Source: Anaerolineae bacterium
GTDB lineage: Bacteria > Chloroflexota > Anaerolineae > UBA1429
Length of the DNA: 64,000 bases
NCBI GenBank assembly: GCA_040768165.1
Contig: JAXGNH010000003.1
Location: 290,641 to 354,640 of the forward strand
Reading direction: 5' to 3'
In this document: positions 47,317 to 56,841 of the stretch, in pieces
How the letters are laid out: the number at the start of each line of letters is the position of its first letter
Numbering within the stretch: the stretch's first letter is position 1
Program-made: the position numbers and the translations under genes
Notes under the pieces: generated by a model
The model's input: the letters and a program-made list of their open reading frames with translations, nothing else
The model's database searches: none
Told to the model about the DNA's origin: nothing

Positions 47317-48609
47317 ATGAAAACCTTCCACAAGCTACTCGCCAACTCGATCATCGCCAACATCACCAACCTGACCGTCTGGTACGCGATGGTGTTCTTT
47401 GTATACCTCGAGACGCGATCCGTCATCGCGACGTCGATAACCTCAGGACTGTACTTTGTGGTGAGTTCACTATCCGGCTTCTGGTTCGGAAGCCTACTCG
47501 ACCGGCACCCGAAAAAGGGCGTCATGCTCGCCTCCGGGCTGGCGTCCCTGGTCCTCTACATCGTCGGGTTCGCCCTGTACCTGATGGCGCCCGCCGACGC
47601 CTTCCGTGACGCCGGCAGCCTCGTCCTGTGGGTTTTCGTGCCGCTGTTGCTGCTAGGCGTCATCGCCGGCAACACGCGCTACATCGCATTGCCGGCCATC
47701 ATCACCGTCCTCATGCCGGCGGACCGCAGGGACAGGGCCAACGGCCTCTCCGGCACGGCGACGGGGCTCGCCGCCCTCATCGTCTCGGCCATCAGCGGGT
47801 TGCTGGTGGGGCTGGCGGGGATGTACTGGGTGTTCATCCTGGTCATCGTGCTGACCGTCATCACGAGCGCACACCTCTACACCCTGTCCATCCCGGAGCC
47901 AGAGGCCGCTCCCACCGACGACCCTGCGCCCAGGCTCGATATCCGCGGCACGATGATGCACATCATGGCGGTGCCGGGCCTGATCGCCCTGATCCTGTTT
48001 ACCACCCTGAACAACTTTTTGGGGGGCGTGTTCGCGGGGCTCCTCGACGCCTACGGGCTCTCGCTCGTCTCGGTGGAGGCGTGGGGGGTGCTGTGGATGA
48101 TCCTCAGCTCCGGGTTCATCATCGGCGGGCTCGCCATCGCACGCTGGGGCCTGGGCCCGAATCCCTTGCGCGCCCTGTTTCTCGCCAACATCACCGGGTG
48201 GACGATCAGCAGCCTCTTTATGATCCGCCCGTCCATCCTGCTCCTGGCATCGGGCATGCTCCTCTACATGTGCATCGCGCCGTTCATCGAGGCGGCCGAG
48301 CAGACGATCATCCAAAGGGTGGTGCCGCCGGAGCGCCAGGGAAGGGTGTTCGGGTTTGCCCAGAGCGTCGAGACGGCCGCCACGCCGGTAACCACGTTCG
48401 CCATCGGGCCCATCGCCGAGCTGGTGTTCATCCCGTTCATGACCACCGGCGCCGGCGTCGACCTCATCGGCGGCTGGTTCGGCGTCGGCCCCGACCGAGG
48501 GATCGCCCTCCTCTTTACGCTCACCGGCATCATCGGCCTCATCGTGACCCTGATCGCCATGCGCACCAAGTACTACCGGCTGCTGTCCGAGAGGTATCAG
48601 GAGGGGTAG
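47317..48609 (+). CDS. MFS transporter
   Basis: 12-14 TM helices with a typical MFS loop pattern. The 5' part is lower in GC than its surroundings. Confidence 0.75.
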   Translation: MKTFHKLLANSIIANITNLTVWYAMVFFVYLETRSVIATSITSGLYFVVSSLSGFWFGSLLDRHPKKGVMLASGLASLVLYIVGFALYLMAPADAFRDAGSLVLWVFVPLLLLGVIAGNTRYIALPAIITVLMPADRRDRANGLSGTATGLAALIVSAISGLLVGLAGMYWVFILVIVLTVITSAHLYTLSIPEPEAAPTDDPAPRLDIRGTMMHIMAVPGLIALILFTTLNNFLGGVFAGLLDAYGLSLVSVEAWGVLWMILSSGFIIGGLAIARWGLGPNPLRALFLANITGWTISSLFMIRPSILLLASGMLLYMCIAPFIEAAEQTIIQRVVPPERQGRVFGFAQSVETAATPVTTFAIGPIAELVFIPFMTTGAGVDLIGGWFGVGPDRGIALLFTLTGIIGLIVTLIAMRTKYYRLLSERYQEG

Positions 48610-48657
48610 GGCCGGCGGCAGCGAGCATGTGGACGGCCGGAGGGGATGTAGAGCAGC

Positions 48658-48742
48658 GGTATCAGGTTGCAGGTTCCAGGTTACAGGCCCCGGTGACGCC
48701 ACACGCTCAAGCCTGTAACCCGCAACCTGCAACCTGCAACTC
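48658..48742 (+). repeat. Heptamer-hairpin repeat element, family A, copy 3
   Basis: CAGGTTGCAGGTTCCAGGTTACAGGCC, then loop …CACGCTCAAGC, then CTGTAACCCGCAACCTGCAACCTGCAAC. Confidence 0.65.
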
Positions 48743-48821
48743 CATAGCCGCTTGGATGTTGACAATGCACCCCTGCGGCGCTATAATTGAGTGAGCGCTC
48801 AAGTATACGAGGTGGGGTCTC

Positions 48822-49217
48822 ATGGTTGCGAAGAACGGGAGTGGAGGGCGGCCGCCGGCGGCTCAACACGGCATCCTGTCGCAGGACGTCGCGGACGAGT
48901 TGGCCGGCGTGTTTCGTGCCCTGGCCGATGCCACGCGCGTGCGCATCGTGTCCGCGCTGGCGGAGGGAGAACTCCCCGTGAGCGAGTTGGCCGAGGCGTT
49001 GGGGATGACCCTTTCGGCCGTGTCGCACCAACTGAGCCTGCTGCGCGACCTGCGCGTGGTGCGGGCGCGCCGCGAGGGGCGGCGCGTGTTCTACTGCCTC
49101 GATGACGAGCACGTCTACTCATTGTATCGCCGGGCCCTGGAGCACGTCTCCCATGGCCAAGCCCGAGCCGGTTCGGCTCATAGCATCAACGGGTGTCGCG
49201 ATGGAAACGAACGATAA
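48822..49217 (+). CDS. ArsR/SmtB-family metalloregulator
   Basis: wHTH signature LADATRVRIVSAL…PVSELAEALGMTLSAVSHQLSLLRD. Overlaps the downstream P-type ATPase start by 17 nt. Confidence 0.8.
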   Translation: MVAKNGSGGRPPAAQHGILSQDVADELAGVFRALADATRVRIVSALAEGELPVSELAEALGMTLSAVSHQLSLLRDLRVVRARREGRRVFYCLDDEHVYSLYRRALEHVSHGQARAGSAHSINGCRDGNER

Positions 49218-51426
49218 CAAACAAACAACCATACGTCTCGCCGTGCAGGGGCTGGACTGCCCCGATTGCGCCGCCAGCCTCGAGCGGGCGGTGCAGGGGC
49301 TTCCCGGAGTGCTCTCCGCGCAGCTCGTGTTCACCACCTCCCGCCTGTCGCTGACGGCCGAGTCGGAGGAGGTGCTCCCCGAGGTGGTGGAGCTGGCAGG
49401 GGCCATGGGGTACGAGGTGGCGCCGGAGGGGATGCCGCCGGTGCCGGCCCACCAGGGGTGGTGGGCATGGGTGGTGCGGCGGCGGCGCGAGCTTGCCACC
49501 TGGGTGGGCGGCGGCCTGCTGCTGCTCGCCTTTGCCCTCAGCCTGCTGGGCCTGCCGGAGGTGGTGTCGAACGCGCTCTATGCCGCTTCGATCGTCATAG
49601 GCGGCGTCTATGTGGCGCGCGCCGGGTGGGTGGGCATTCGCACCACCCACGCGCCCGATATGAACGCCCTCATGGCGGTGGCGGCGGTGGGCGCCATGAT
49701 CGTCGGCGAGTTCGCCGAGGGCGCGCTGACCGTGTTCCTCTTTTCCCTGGGTGAGCTGCTGGAGAGCTATTCCATGGATCGGGCGCGGAACGCCATCCGC
49801 ACGCTGATGAACCTCACCCCCGAGGAGGCGACGCTGCTCTCGGACGGCGAGGAGAGACGCGTGCACGTCACGGCCCTGGCGCCGGGCGATCGCGTCGTGG
49901 TGCGGCCGGGCGAGCGCATCCCCATGGACGGCGGCGTCCTGGAGGGCAGTTCCGCCGTGAACCAGGCGCCCATTACCGGCGAATCGATGCCGGTGGAAAA
50001 GGGCGTCGGCGACGAGGTCTTTGCCGGCACCATCAATGGCAACGGCGTGCTCGTCATGGAGGTGACGCGCCGTGCCGATGACACCACGTTGGCGCGCATC
50101 CTGCGCCTCGTGGAGGAGGCCCAGTCGCAGCGGGCGCCTGCCCAGCGCTTTGTCGACCGCTTTGCGCGAGTGTACACGCCCGCCGTCATCGGCCTGGCGG
50201 CGCTCATTGCCGTCGTGCCGCCCCTGCTCGGTTTTGGCGCCCTGAGCACCTGGTTCTACCGCGCGCTGGTGCTGCTGGTCATCGCCTGTCCCTGTGCGCT
50301 GGTCATCTCGACGCCGGTAACCATCGTCAGCGCGTTGGCCCGCGCCGCCCGTTCGGGGGTGCTCATCAAGGGCGGGCGCTACCTCGAGGCGATGGCGTCG
50401 TTGCGCGCCGTGGCGTTCGACAAGACGGGCACGCTGACGGTGGGCGAGCCTCACGTGGTGAACGCGGGGTGCGAGTTGCTGCCCGAGGGGGGGCGCTGCG
50501 AGAACTGCGGCGACCTCCTGGCCAAGGCCGCCGCCATCGAGGGGCGCTCGGAGCATGCCCTGGCGCGCGCCGTCACGCGCTACGCCGAGAGCGAGGGGGT
50601 CAGCGAGCGTTACGCCGCCGCCGAGGGCGTGCAAGCCCTGACGGGTCTGGGTATCGAGGGGCTCGTCTCGGGGCACATGGTCTCGGTGGGTAGCGTGGCG
50701 CTGTGTCGCCGCAACAACGGCCACAACGGTGGCCACAACGGTGATGGCGACGGTGAGGACGACTTGTGCCGCATCGCCACCGAGGAGGAGCGTAAGGGGT
50801 ACACGGTGCTGGTGATCGAGGACGCCTGCTGCGGGTCGCGCTGCTTCCTGTCCGTCTCGGACGCCCTGCGCGACGGCGTGGCTGACGTCATCCACGGCAT
50901 GCGCCGTGATGGAATCGAGCATACGGTGATGCTCACCGGCGACAACCCCCACATCGCGCGCACCATCGCGGCGGAGGCGGGCGTCGACGACGCCAAGGCG
51001 GGGTTGCTGCCCGACGACAAGGTGACGGCCGTGCGCGACCTGATGGCGCGCTACGGGCAGGTCGCCATGGTGGGCGACGGCGTGAACGACGCGCCGGCGC
51101 TGGCCACCGCCACCGTGGGGATCGCCATGGGCGCCGCCGGCACCGACACGGCGCTGGAGACGGCGGACGTGGCCCTCATGTCGGACGACCTGGCCAAGCT
51201 GCCGTTCGCCATCCGCCTCAGCCGGCGCGCGCTGAACACGGTGCGGGCGAACATCGCCTTTGCCCTCATCTTCAAGGCGGCGTTCCTGGCGCTGGCCGTG
51301 GCGGGGGTGGCGAACCTCTGGATGGCCGTCCTCGCCGACACCGGCGCCTCCCTCCTGGTAGCCCTCAACGGCCTCCGCCTCCTCCGCATGCGGGAGAGTC
51401 AACCACGGAGGCACGGAGGGCACTAG
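49201..51426 (+). CDS. Heavy-metal-translocating P1B-type ATPase (Cd/Zn/Pb type)
   Basis: N-terminal HMA with a CPDC variant. TM CPC (IACPCALV), DKTGTLT, HP dipeptide region, GDGVNDAPAL. A His/Asp-rich insert NGHNGGHNGDGDGEDD. Confidence 0.9.
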   Translation: METNDNKQTTIRLAVQGLDCPDCAASLERAVQGLPGVLSAQLVFTTSRLSLTAESEEVLPEVVELAGAMGYEVAPEGMPPVPAHQGWWAWVVRRRRELATWVGGGLLLLAFALSLLGLPEVVSNALYAASIVIGGVYVARAGWVGIRTTHAPDMNALMAVAAVGAMIVGEFAEGALTVFLFSLGELLESYSMDRARNAIRTLMNLTPEEATLLSDGEERRVHVTALAPGDRVVVRPGERIPMDGGVLEGSSAVNQAPITGESMPVEKGVGDEVFAGTINGNGVLVMEVTRRADDTTLARILRLVEEAQSQRAPAQRFVDRFARVYTPAVIGLAALIAVVPPLLGFGALSTWFYRALVLLVIACPCALVISTPVTIVSALARAARSGVLIKGGRYLEAMASLRAVAFDKTGTLTVGEPHVVNAGCELLPEGGRCENCGDLLAKAAAIEGRSEHALARAVTRYAESEGVSERYAAAEGVQALTGLGIEGLVSGHMVSVGSVALCRRNNGHNGGHNGDGDGEDDLCRIATEEERKGYTVLVIEDACCGSRCFLSVSDALRDGVADVIHGMRRDGIEHTVMLTGDNPHIARTIAAEAGVDDAKAGLLPDDKVTAVRDLMARYGQVAMVGDGVNDAPALATATVGIAMGAAGTDTALETADVALMSDDLAKLPFAIRLSRRALNTVRANIAFALIFKAAFLALAVAGVANLWMAVLADTGASLLVALNGLRLLRMRESQPRRHGGH

Positions 51427-51456
51427 GGGAGACCTTCACAGAAACCGGGTGGCTAC

Positions 51457-51544
51457 TGGTTACAGGTGACAGGTGGCAGGTTACAGGCTCAAGTGTGCTC
51501 ACTCGCTCAAGCCTGTAACCTGCCACCTGGAACCTGCTACAGCC
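51457..51544 (+). repeat. Heptamer-hairpin repeat element, family A, copy 4
   Basis: CTGGTTACAGGTGACAGGTGGCAGGTTACAGGCTC, then loop …CTCGCTCAAGC, then CTGTAACCTGCCACCTGGAACCTGCTACAG. Confidence 0.65.
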
Positions 51545-51585
51545 CCTCGATTCGGCTCGTAACCCGTAACTCGGAACCCGCCCAG

Positions 51586-52200
51586 CTACGTCCGCACATC
51601 CATCCCAAAGTATGTATAGGCCGACGTCACGACGGTGCCGAGCCATACCCAGGCGGCGTTGGACACCAGTTCGGGGACCACGGGGCGGGTGACGGCCAGG
51701 AGAAAGGCGCCTACGCCCACGACAAAGTAGACGCCGAAATACAACATCCCCACCCACAGCGCATAGCCCGGCGTCTGCGCCGGCGGCGGGTCGGCCGGCG
51801 CCGGCACATCGGAGAGGATCGTAGCGCCCACCCGCACGCGGACGCCGGTCATGGCGGCCACGCCCAGGAACTTGCTGCGGAAGCGGCTGGGCGGCTTGAG
51901 ACTGTACCAGCCCGTGGGGGCGGCGCTCCCGCCGATGGGGTGCTGGGCGATGATGGGCGCCGCGGAGGGGCGGCGGCCGCGCGCGAACCCCGCCGCCACC
52001 ACCGAGCCCACCAGCCCGCTGAGGATGCTGGCCATGCGTAGCGTCGCCTCGGAGAAGGCGGGGTCCCCCTCGATGGCCGTGCGGACGATGGCGCTCCCCA
52101 GCACCACGGCATAGAGGATGGCCGCCAGCACCGTCACGATGGCGCCCGAGATCCGCTGCAGCCACTCGGGGAGCGCGCCGCTGGGTATGTTGTCGTCCAT
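51586..52200 (-). CDS. Hypothetical membrane protein
   Basis: 204 aa, 4-5 hydrophobic helices, no recognised motif. Confidence 0.4.
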   Translation of the reverse strand: MDDNIPSGALPEWLQRISGAIVTVLAAILYAVVLGSAIVRTAIEGDPAFSEATLRMASILSGLVGSVVAAGFARGRRPSAAPIIAQHPIGGSAAPTGWYSLKPPSRFRSKFLGVAAMTGVRVRVGATILSDVPAPADPPPAQTPGYALWVGMLYFGVYFVVGVGAFLLAVTRPVVPELVSNAAWVWLGTVVTSAYTYFGMDVRT

Positions 52201-52444
52201 GTTGGCCCCTCTTGCTGCGAACGGACGTCAGTCGTCCACAAGGTCACGCGTGCACAAGCGAAACCGATGGAACGCAGATTCCGCTGGTGGAGCGCTGATT
52301 TCCGCAGGCTGGACGCGGACGGTTGGCACACGCGTGATGCCGTCTTGATCTCGGCGGAATGCGATGGCCAACCATCTGCTGTCTGCGGAAACCAGCGGCC
52401 CATCCGCGTAAATCAGCGTACTATTGTCAGCCGCGGTGGGAGAG

Positions 52445-53671
52445 TCACTCCGCTACCACCACCCGATGGTAGCGCTTTTTGCCTGCTCGAAGGACGAGGG
52501 CGCCGTCCTGGAGGGCGTCGGCGGTGACCACGGCGTCGGGCGAATCCACCGGCTCGCCGTTGAGATACGCCCCGCCCTGCTGGATCAGCCGGCGCGCCTC
52601 GCTGCGCGAGTTCGCCAGCCCGACCTCGGCGAACAGCTCCGCGGCGGGTATGCCCGCCTGGAGACGCGACGCCTCAACCTCGGAGGTGGGCATCACCTCG
52701 CTGGCCTCCCCGGCGCCAAAGAGGCTGCGGCTGGCCTCGCGGGCCTTGTCCGCCTCCTCCGCGCCGTGGGTCAGGCGCGTCACCTCGTAGGCCAGCACCT
52801 CCTTGGCCTGCCGGATCTCGGCGCCCTGCAGCCGCCCCAGGCGCTCGATCTCTTCGAGGGGGAGGAAGGTGTATATCCTCAAGAATCGCTCGACGTCGGC
52901 GTCCTCGGTGTTGATCCAGAACTGGTAAAAGTCGTACGGCGAGAGCATCTCGGCGTCCAGCCACACGGCGCCCTGGGCGCTCTTGCCCATCTTGGCGCCG
53001 GAGGAGGTGGTGAGTAGGGGGAAGGTGAGGGCGAACGCCTCGCCGCCCTCCACGCGCCGGATCAACTCTACCCCCGCCAGGATGTTACCCCACTGGTCGT
53101 TGCCACCCATCTGCAGGACGCAGCCATGCTCGCGGTACAAGTGCAGAAAATCGTAGGCTTGCAAGAGCTGGTAGTTGAACTCGATAAAGCTGAGGCCCGC
53201 CTCGAGGCGCGTGCGGTACGCCTCTGCGGCGAGCATGCGGTTCACGGAAAAGTGTCGCCCGATGTCGCGCAGGAAGGCGATATAGTTCAACTCGAGGAGC
53301 CAGTCGGCGTTGTTGACCATCAAGCCGCGCCCCTCGCTGAGGTCGACGTAACGGCCGATCTGCCCCCGCAACGCCTGGAGGTTGCGCTGGATCTGCTCGG
53401 GCGCCAGCAACTGGCGCATCTCGGTCTTGCCGGAAGGGTCCCCGATCATCCCCGTGCCGCCGCCCATCAGGGCGATGGGGCGATGGCCACAGCGCTGCAT
53501 GTGAGCCATGGCCATGATGGTGAGGAGGTTCCCCACGTGAAAGCTCGTCGCGGTCGGGTCATAGCCGATGTAAAAGGTGGTCGGGCGCGACAACGTGGCG
53601 CGTAGGCCCTCTTCGTCCGAGACCTGCTCCACGAAACCCCGCGCCTTGAGAATATCGTAGGCGTTATCCAT
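52445..53671 (-). CDS. tyrS: Tyrosyl-tRNA synthetase
   Basis: HIGH-type motif (…TATSFHVGN…), KMSKS-type KMGKS, C-terminal S4 domain. ATG at 53669-53671. The upstream part of the ORF is read-through. Confidence 0.9.
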   Translation of the reverse strand: MDNAYDILKARGFVEQVSDEEGLRATLSRPTTFYIGYDPTATSFHVGNLLTIMAMAHMQRCGHRPIALMGGGTGMIGDPSGKTEMRQLLAPEQIQRNLQALRGQIGRYVDLSEGRGLMVNNADWLLELNYIAFLRDIGRHFSVNRMLAAEAYRTRLEAGLSFIEFNYQLLQAYDFLHLYREHGCVLQMGGNDQWGNILAGVELIRRVEGGEAFALTFPLLTTSSGAKMGKSAQGAVWLDAEMLSPYDFYQFWINTEDADVERFLRIYTFLPLEEIERLGRLQGAEIRQAKEVLAYEVTRLTHGAEEADKAREASRSLFGAGEASEVMPTSEVEASRLQAGIPAAELFAEVGLANSRSEARRLIQQGGAYLNGEPVDSPDAVVTADALQDGALVLRAGKKRYHRVVVAE

Positions 53672-53752
53672 ACAACCCCTCAACGGTGCTGTCCGCCCGA
53701 GAGGCTGACTTGACGCTGCCCCGGGCTCTGCATAGGATGGCTGAAGCAACTC

Positions 53753-53781
53753 ATGGTATCTGGCGGCCCGGCCGCTGTCAA
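53753..53781 (-). promoter_or_regulatory. Candidate sigma70 promoter for tyrS (TTGACA-17-TACCAT on minus strand)
   Basis: On the minus strand, TTGACAgcggccgggccgccagaTACCAT lies about 75 nt upstream of the tyrS ATG. Confidence 0.35.
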
Positions 53782-53823
53782 GTCGGCGGGGGGTGCCGCC
53801 GCGGCTCGAAAGAGGCCTCAAAG

Positions 53824-53910
53824 AGGTCACAGGTTCCGGGTGACAAGTTACAGGCTTTAGCGGGTGAACACCCTGAAGATTGCGGCTTGTCCCCTGGAAC
53901 CTGTAACGCG
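53824..53910 (+). repeat. Heptamer-hairpin repeat element, family A, copy 5 (diverged)
   Basis: AGGTCACAGGTTCCGGGTGACAAGTTACAGGC, then loop …AGCGGGTGAACACCCTGAAG…, then CTGGAACCTGTAACG. Confidence 0.55.
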
Positions 53911-53937
53911 TCCCCTTTGGCGTGAAAGGCGTGCGTT

Positions 53938-54673
53938 AGTGCCCGATCCCCTCGATACGAGTATCGCCCTGATGGCCGCCATCTCGGCGGCGGCCGGCCT
54001 GGTGGCCGGCATCACCGGCTTTGGCTCCGGCCTGGTCCTCATGGGCGTGCTGGTAGCCATCATCCCCGTGCAAGACGCCGCCGTCATCGCGGCCATCACC
54101 GCGCTGGTGTGCTCCCTCCTGAACCTCTGGACGGTGCGCGTCAGCATGCCCTGGCGCGAGACCTGGCCGATGTTCGCCATCTCGATCCCCGCCGTGGCAG
54201 CGGGCATCTATCTGTTGGCCAACCTCAGCCCTGACGCCTTGCGCGTCCTGGTGGCGGTGATGATCCTCTCGGGGTGCGCCGTGACCCTCTGGACGCCGCC
54301 GCAGGGGCTCATCGGCGCCGGGTTGGGGTGGTCGCTGGCGGCTGGTGCGCTGGGCGGACTGACGGGCGGCGCCACCAGCACGGGCGGCCCGCCTGTGGTG
54401 CTCTATACCCTGCTGCGCGGCTGGGACAAGGCGGTCGCCAAGGCGGTGATGTCGGCGTTCTTTGTTGTCATGGGGTTCTGGCGGCTCGCGCTGCTCATCG
54501 CGTCGGGCCTCGCCACGCCCAATAGCCTGCGACTGGGGGTGGTCCTGTTGGCGCCCACCCTCATCGCCCTCTATGCGGGGATGTGGATCTTTCGGCGGTT
54601 GAGCACCCAGGTATTTCGCTATGCGGCGATGGCGCTGCTCGGCATCATGGCGGCCAACCTTCTCATCAACTGA
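53938..54673 (+). CDS. TauE/SafE-family sulfite/anion exporter
   Basis: Duplicated 4-TM halves with glycine-rich helices (GITGFGSG, GLTGGATSTGG). Start at GTG 53938 or ATG 53972. Confidence 0.65.
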
Positions 54674-54792
54674 GCAGCCGTTTCGCGCGGCCCGGGCCAC
54701 GAGACCGAGGGGGGCTGGTGGCCCGCTTCTATGTCCGGCGCCCGGCAGGTCGGCGCGAACCAGATTCCAGCCATCGATTGCGGAGGCTTTAC

Positions 54793-55701
54793 GTGACGAC
54801 GTTCGCTACCATCTTTATGAACAACATCCTGCCCGCGTTCCTCGTGATGGCGGCGGGTGTCATCCTCGATAGGTGCCTGCACGTCGACAAGCGCACCCTC
54901 TCGCGGACGGCGATCTATGTGCTCACCCCGTGCCTCGTGTTCTCCTCCATCGTCCAGTCCACCGTCGACCCCGGGCAGTTCGGGAGCATGATCGTGTTCG
55001 TGCTGGTGCTCACCGGGCTCCTGGTCGTGTTGGCGTTGGGCGTCGCCAAGGTGCTGGGATGGTCGCGGACCATGAGCGATGCCCTGGTCCTGAGCACGGC
55101 GTTCCTCAACGCGGGCAACTATGGGCTGCCGATCATCCTCTTCTCGTTCGGCGAGGAGGGGCTGGCGCTGGCCACGGTGCTGTTCGTCGGCTCGAACTTT
55201 TCGTGCAACTCGCTGGCGGCCTTTTTCGCGGCGCGGAGCAACGGCGGCGGACGCAAGGCGCTGCTGAGCGTGCTACGTCTGCCCGCGCCGTACGCCTTTG
55301 CCCTGGCCATGGGGCTGCGCCTGCTTCAGCTGCAGGTGCCGGGCCCGATCCTACAGCCGGTAGCGCTCATCGGACGCGCCACGGTGCCCGTCCTGCTGAT
55401 GATGCTGGGACTGCAGCTCTCGCAGACGCGGGTCACCCGCCGCGTCGGCCAGGTGGCGGTGGGGGTCGTACTTCGCCTCGTGGTGGGGGCGGTGGTGGGA
55501 GTTGGGCTGGCGCTCGCTATGGGGCTGGAGGGACTGGCGCGCAATGTGGCCATCACCGAGGCCGCCACGCCCACGGCGGTGAGTTCCGCGCTCATGGCCA
55601 TCGAGTTCGAGTCAGACGCCGACTATGTCACGAGCGTGATCTTTTGCTCGACGCTGTTCAGCGCGGTGACGCTGACCATCCTGCTGTCGTTCCTTGCCTG
55701 A
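54793..55701 (+). CDS. AEC (auxin efflux carrier) family transporter
   Basis: About 10 TM helices. NAGNYGLPI motif is typical of the AEC/MadM family. Confidence 0.65.
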   Translation: MTTFATIFMNNILPAFLVMAAGVILDRCLHVDKRTLSRTAIYVLTPCLVFSSIVQSTVDPGQFGSMIVFVLVLTGLLVVLALGVAKVLGWSRTMSDALVLSTAFLNAGNYGLPIILFSFGEEGLALATVLFVGSNFSCNSLAAFFAARSNGGGRKALLSVLRLPAPYAFALAMGLRLLQLQVPGPILQPVALIGRATVPVLLMMLGLQLSQTRVTRRVGQVAVGVVLRLVVGAVVGVGLALAMGLEGLARNVAITEAATPTAVSSALMAIEFESDADYVTSVIFCSTLFSAVTLTILLSFLA

Positions 55702-55739
55702 TCCACTGCCTTGCCCCCGCGGGTGCGCTGCATCGGGAC

Positions 55740-55829
55740 GGTTACAGGCTGCAGGTGCGAGGTTACAGGCACCTGCGAGGGCGTCGCTCGAGCCTGTAAC
55801 CTGCAACCTGCAACCTGCAACTTGTCACC
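55740..55829 (+). repeat. Heptamer-hairpin repeat element, family A, copy 6
   Basis: CGGTTACAGGCTGCAGGTGCGAGGTTACAGGC, then loop …CGCTCGAGC, then CTGTAACCTGCAACCTGCAACCTGCAAC. Confidence 0.65.
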
Positions 55830-55845
55830 CCTGAATGGCGTCGCC

Positions 55846-56841
55846 TCAGTCCGGCTGGAACGTCTTGCCGAGGCCTGCCGGCGGAGTGCCCCGCAGCAGG
55901 CCGGTGATGGTGCGCCGGAGGCGCACAGGGAGGAGCGCCGGCAGGCGCTGCCGCGCCGCGCCCTCGGTGGCCTCCCCGCTCACCAGCACCAACGCCACGA
56001 TCATCAGGGCAAAGGGCGCCGCCTGGAACACCTGCGTCGGCACGTGGGGCATAGTCGGCTGCAGGATGCTGCCCAACGACTTGAGTGCGCCAAAGAGGTA
56101 GGCGCCGAGGGCCACGCGCAGCGGGCTCCAGCCGCCAAAGATGACGATGGCCAGGGCGATCCAGCCCATCCCCGACGTGTGGCCGTGGCTCCAGCCGATC
56201 TTGACGCTCAGGGAATAGGCGGCGCCCGCCAGTCCCACGAACGCCCCGCCGACGGCGGTGTAGACGTAGCGCAGGCGGTTGGCGTCGATCCCGCGGGCGT
56301 AGGCCGCCTCGGGCCGTTCGCCTACGGCGCGCAGCTGTAGCCCCGGCCGGGAGTGGGCCAGAAACCACCACGTCGCCACGACCACCACATAGCTGAGATA
56401 GACCATGGCGTTGTGGTTGAACAAGATGCGCCCGATGACGGGGATGTCAACCAACCCCGGGATGGGCCAGTGCGGCACGGTGGGGCCGGGAATGCGCACG
56501 AACGGCATGCCGAGGAAGGAGCTGAGGTCGGCGCACAACAGGGTGAGCACAAAGCCCACCGCCACCTGGTTCTGCCCCAGCGCGATGCTGCCGTAGGCCA
56601 CGATGAGGGCCACCAGCGCCCCGACGGCCATGGCCGCCGCGACCCCCGCTAGGAGGCTCCCCGAGACGAACGCCACGGCAAAGCCCGCCATGGCCGCCAG
56701 CAGGATGGAGCCGTCGAGGGACAGGTTCACCACTCCGACGCGCTCGGTGAGCACCTCGCCGATGCCGGCGAACACCAGCGGCGACGAGGCCGCCACGAGC
56801 GATCCGATGGTGTCGATAACCAGGGGGCTGAGCACGGTCAT
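55846..56841 (-). CDS. ABC transporter permease (BMP/nucleoside-type, second permease)
   Basis: 331 aa from the ATG at 56839-56841, with 8-10 TM helices. The 5' part of the 597-aa ORF is read-through. Confidence 0.75.
   Translation of the reverse strand: MTVLSPLVIDTIGSLVAASSPLVFAGIGEVLTERVGVVNLSLDGSILLAAMAGFAVAFVSGSLLAGVAAAMAVGALVALIVAYGSIALGQNQVAVGFVLTLLCADLSSFLGMPFVRIPGPTVPHWPIPGLVDIPVIGRILFNHNAMVYLSYVVVVATWWFLAHSRPGLQLRAVGERPEAAYARGIDANRLRYVYTAVGGAFVGLAGAAYSLSVKIGWSHGHTSGMGWIALAIVIFGGWSPLRVALGAYLFGALKSLGSILQPTMPHVPTQVFQAAPFALMIVALVLVSGEATEGAARQRLPALLPVRLRRTITGLLRGTPPAGLGKTFQPD

Noticed and set aside
53672-53830. T-box leader upstream of tyrS
   Set aside because: No GGGTGGNACCGCG-type T-box sequence or specifier-loop architecture is visible. 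The leader is only about 75 nt from the candidate promoter.
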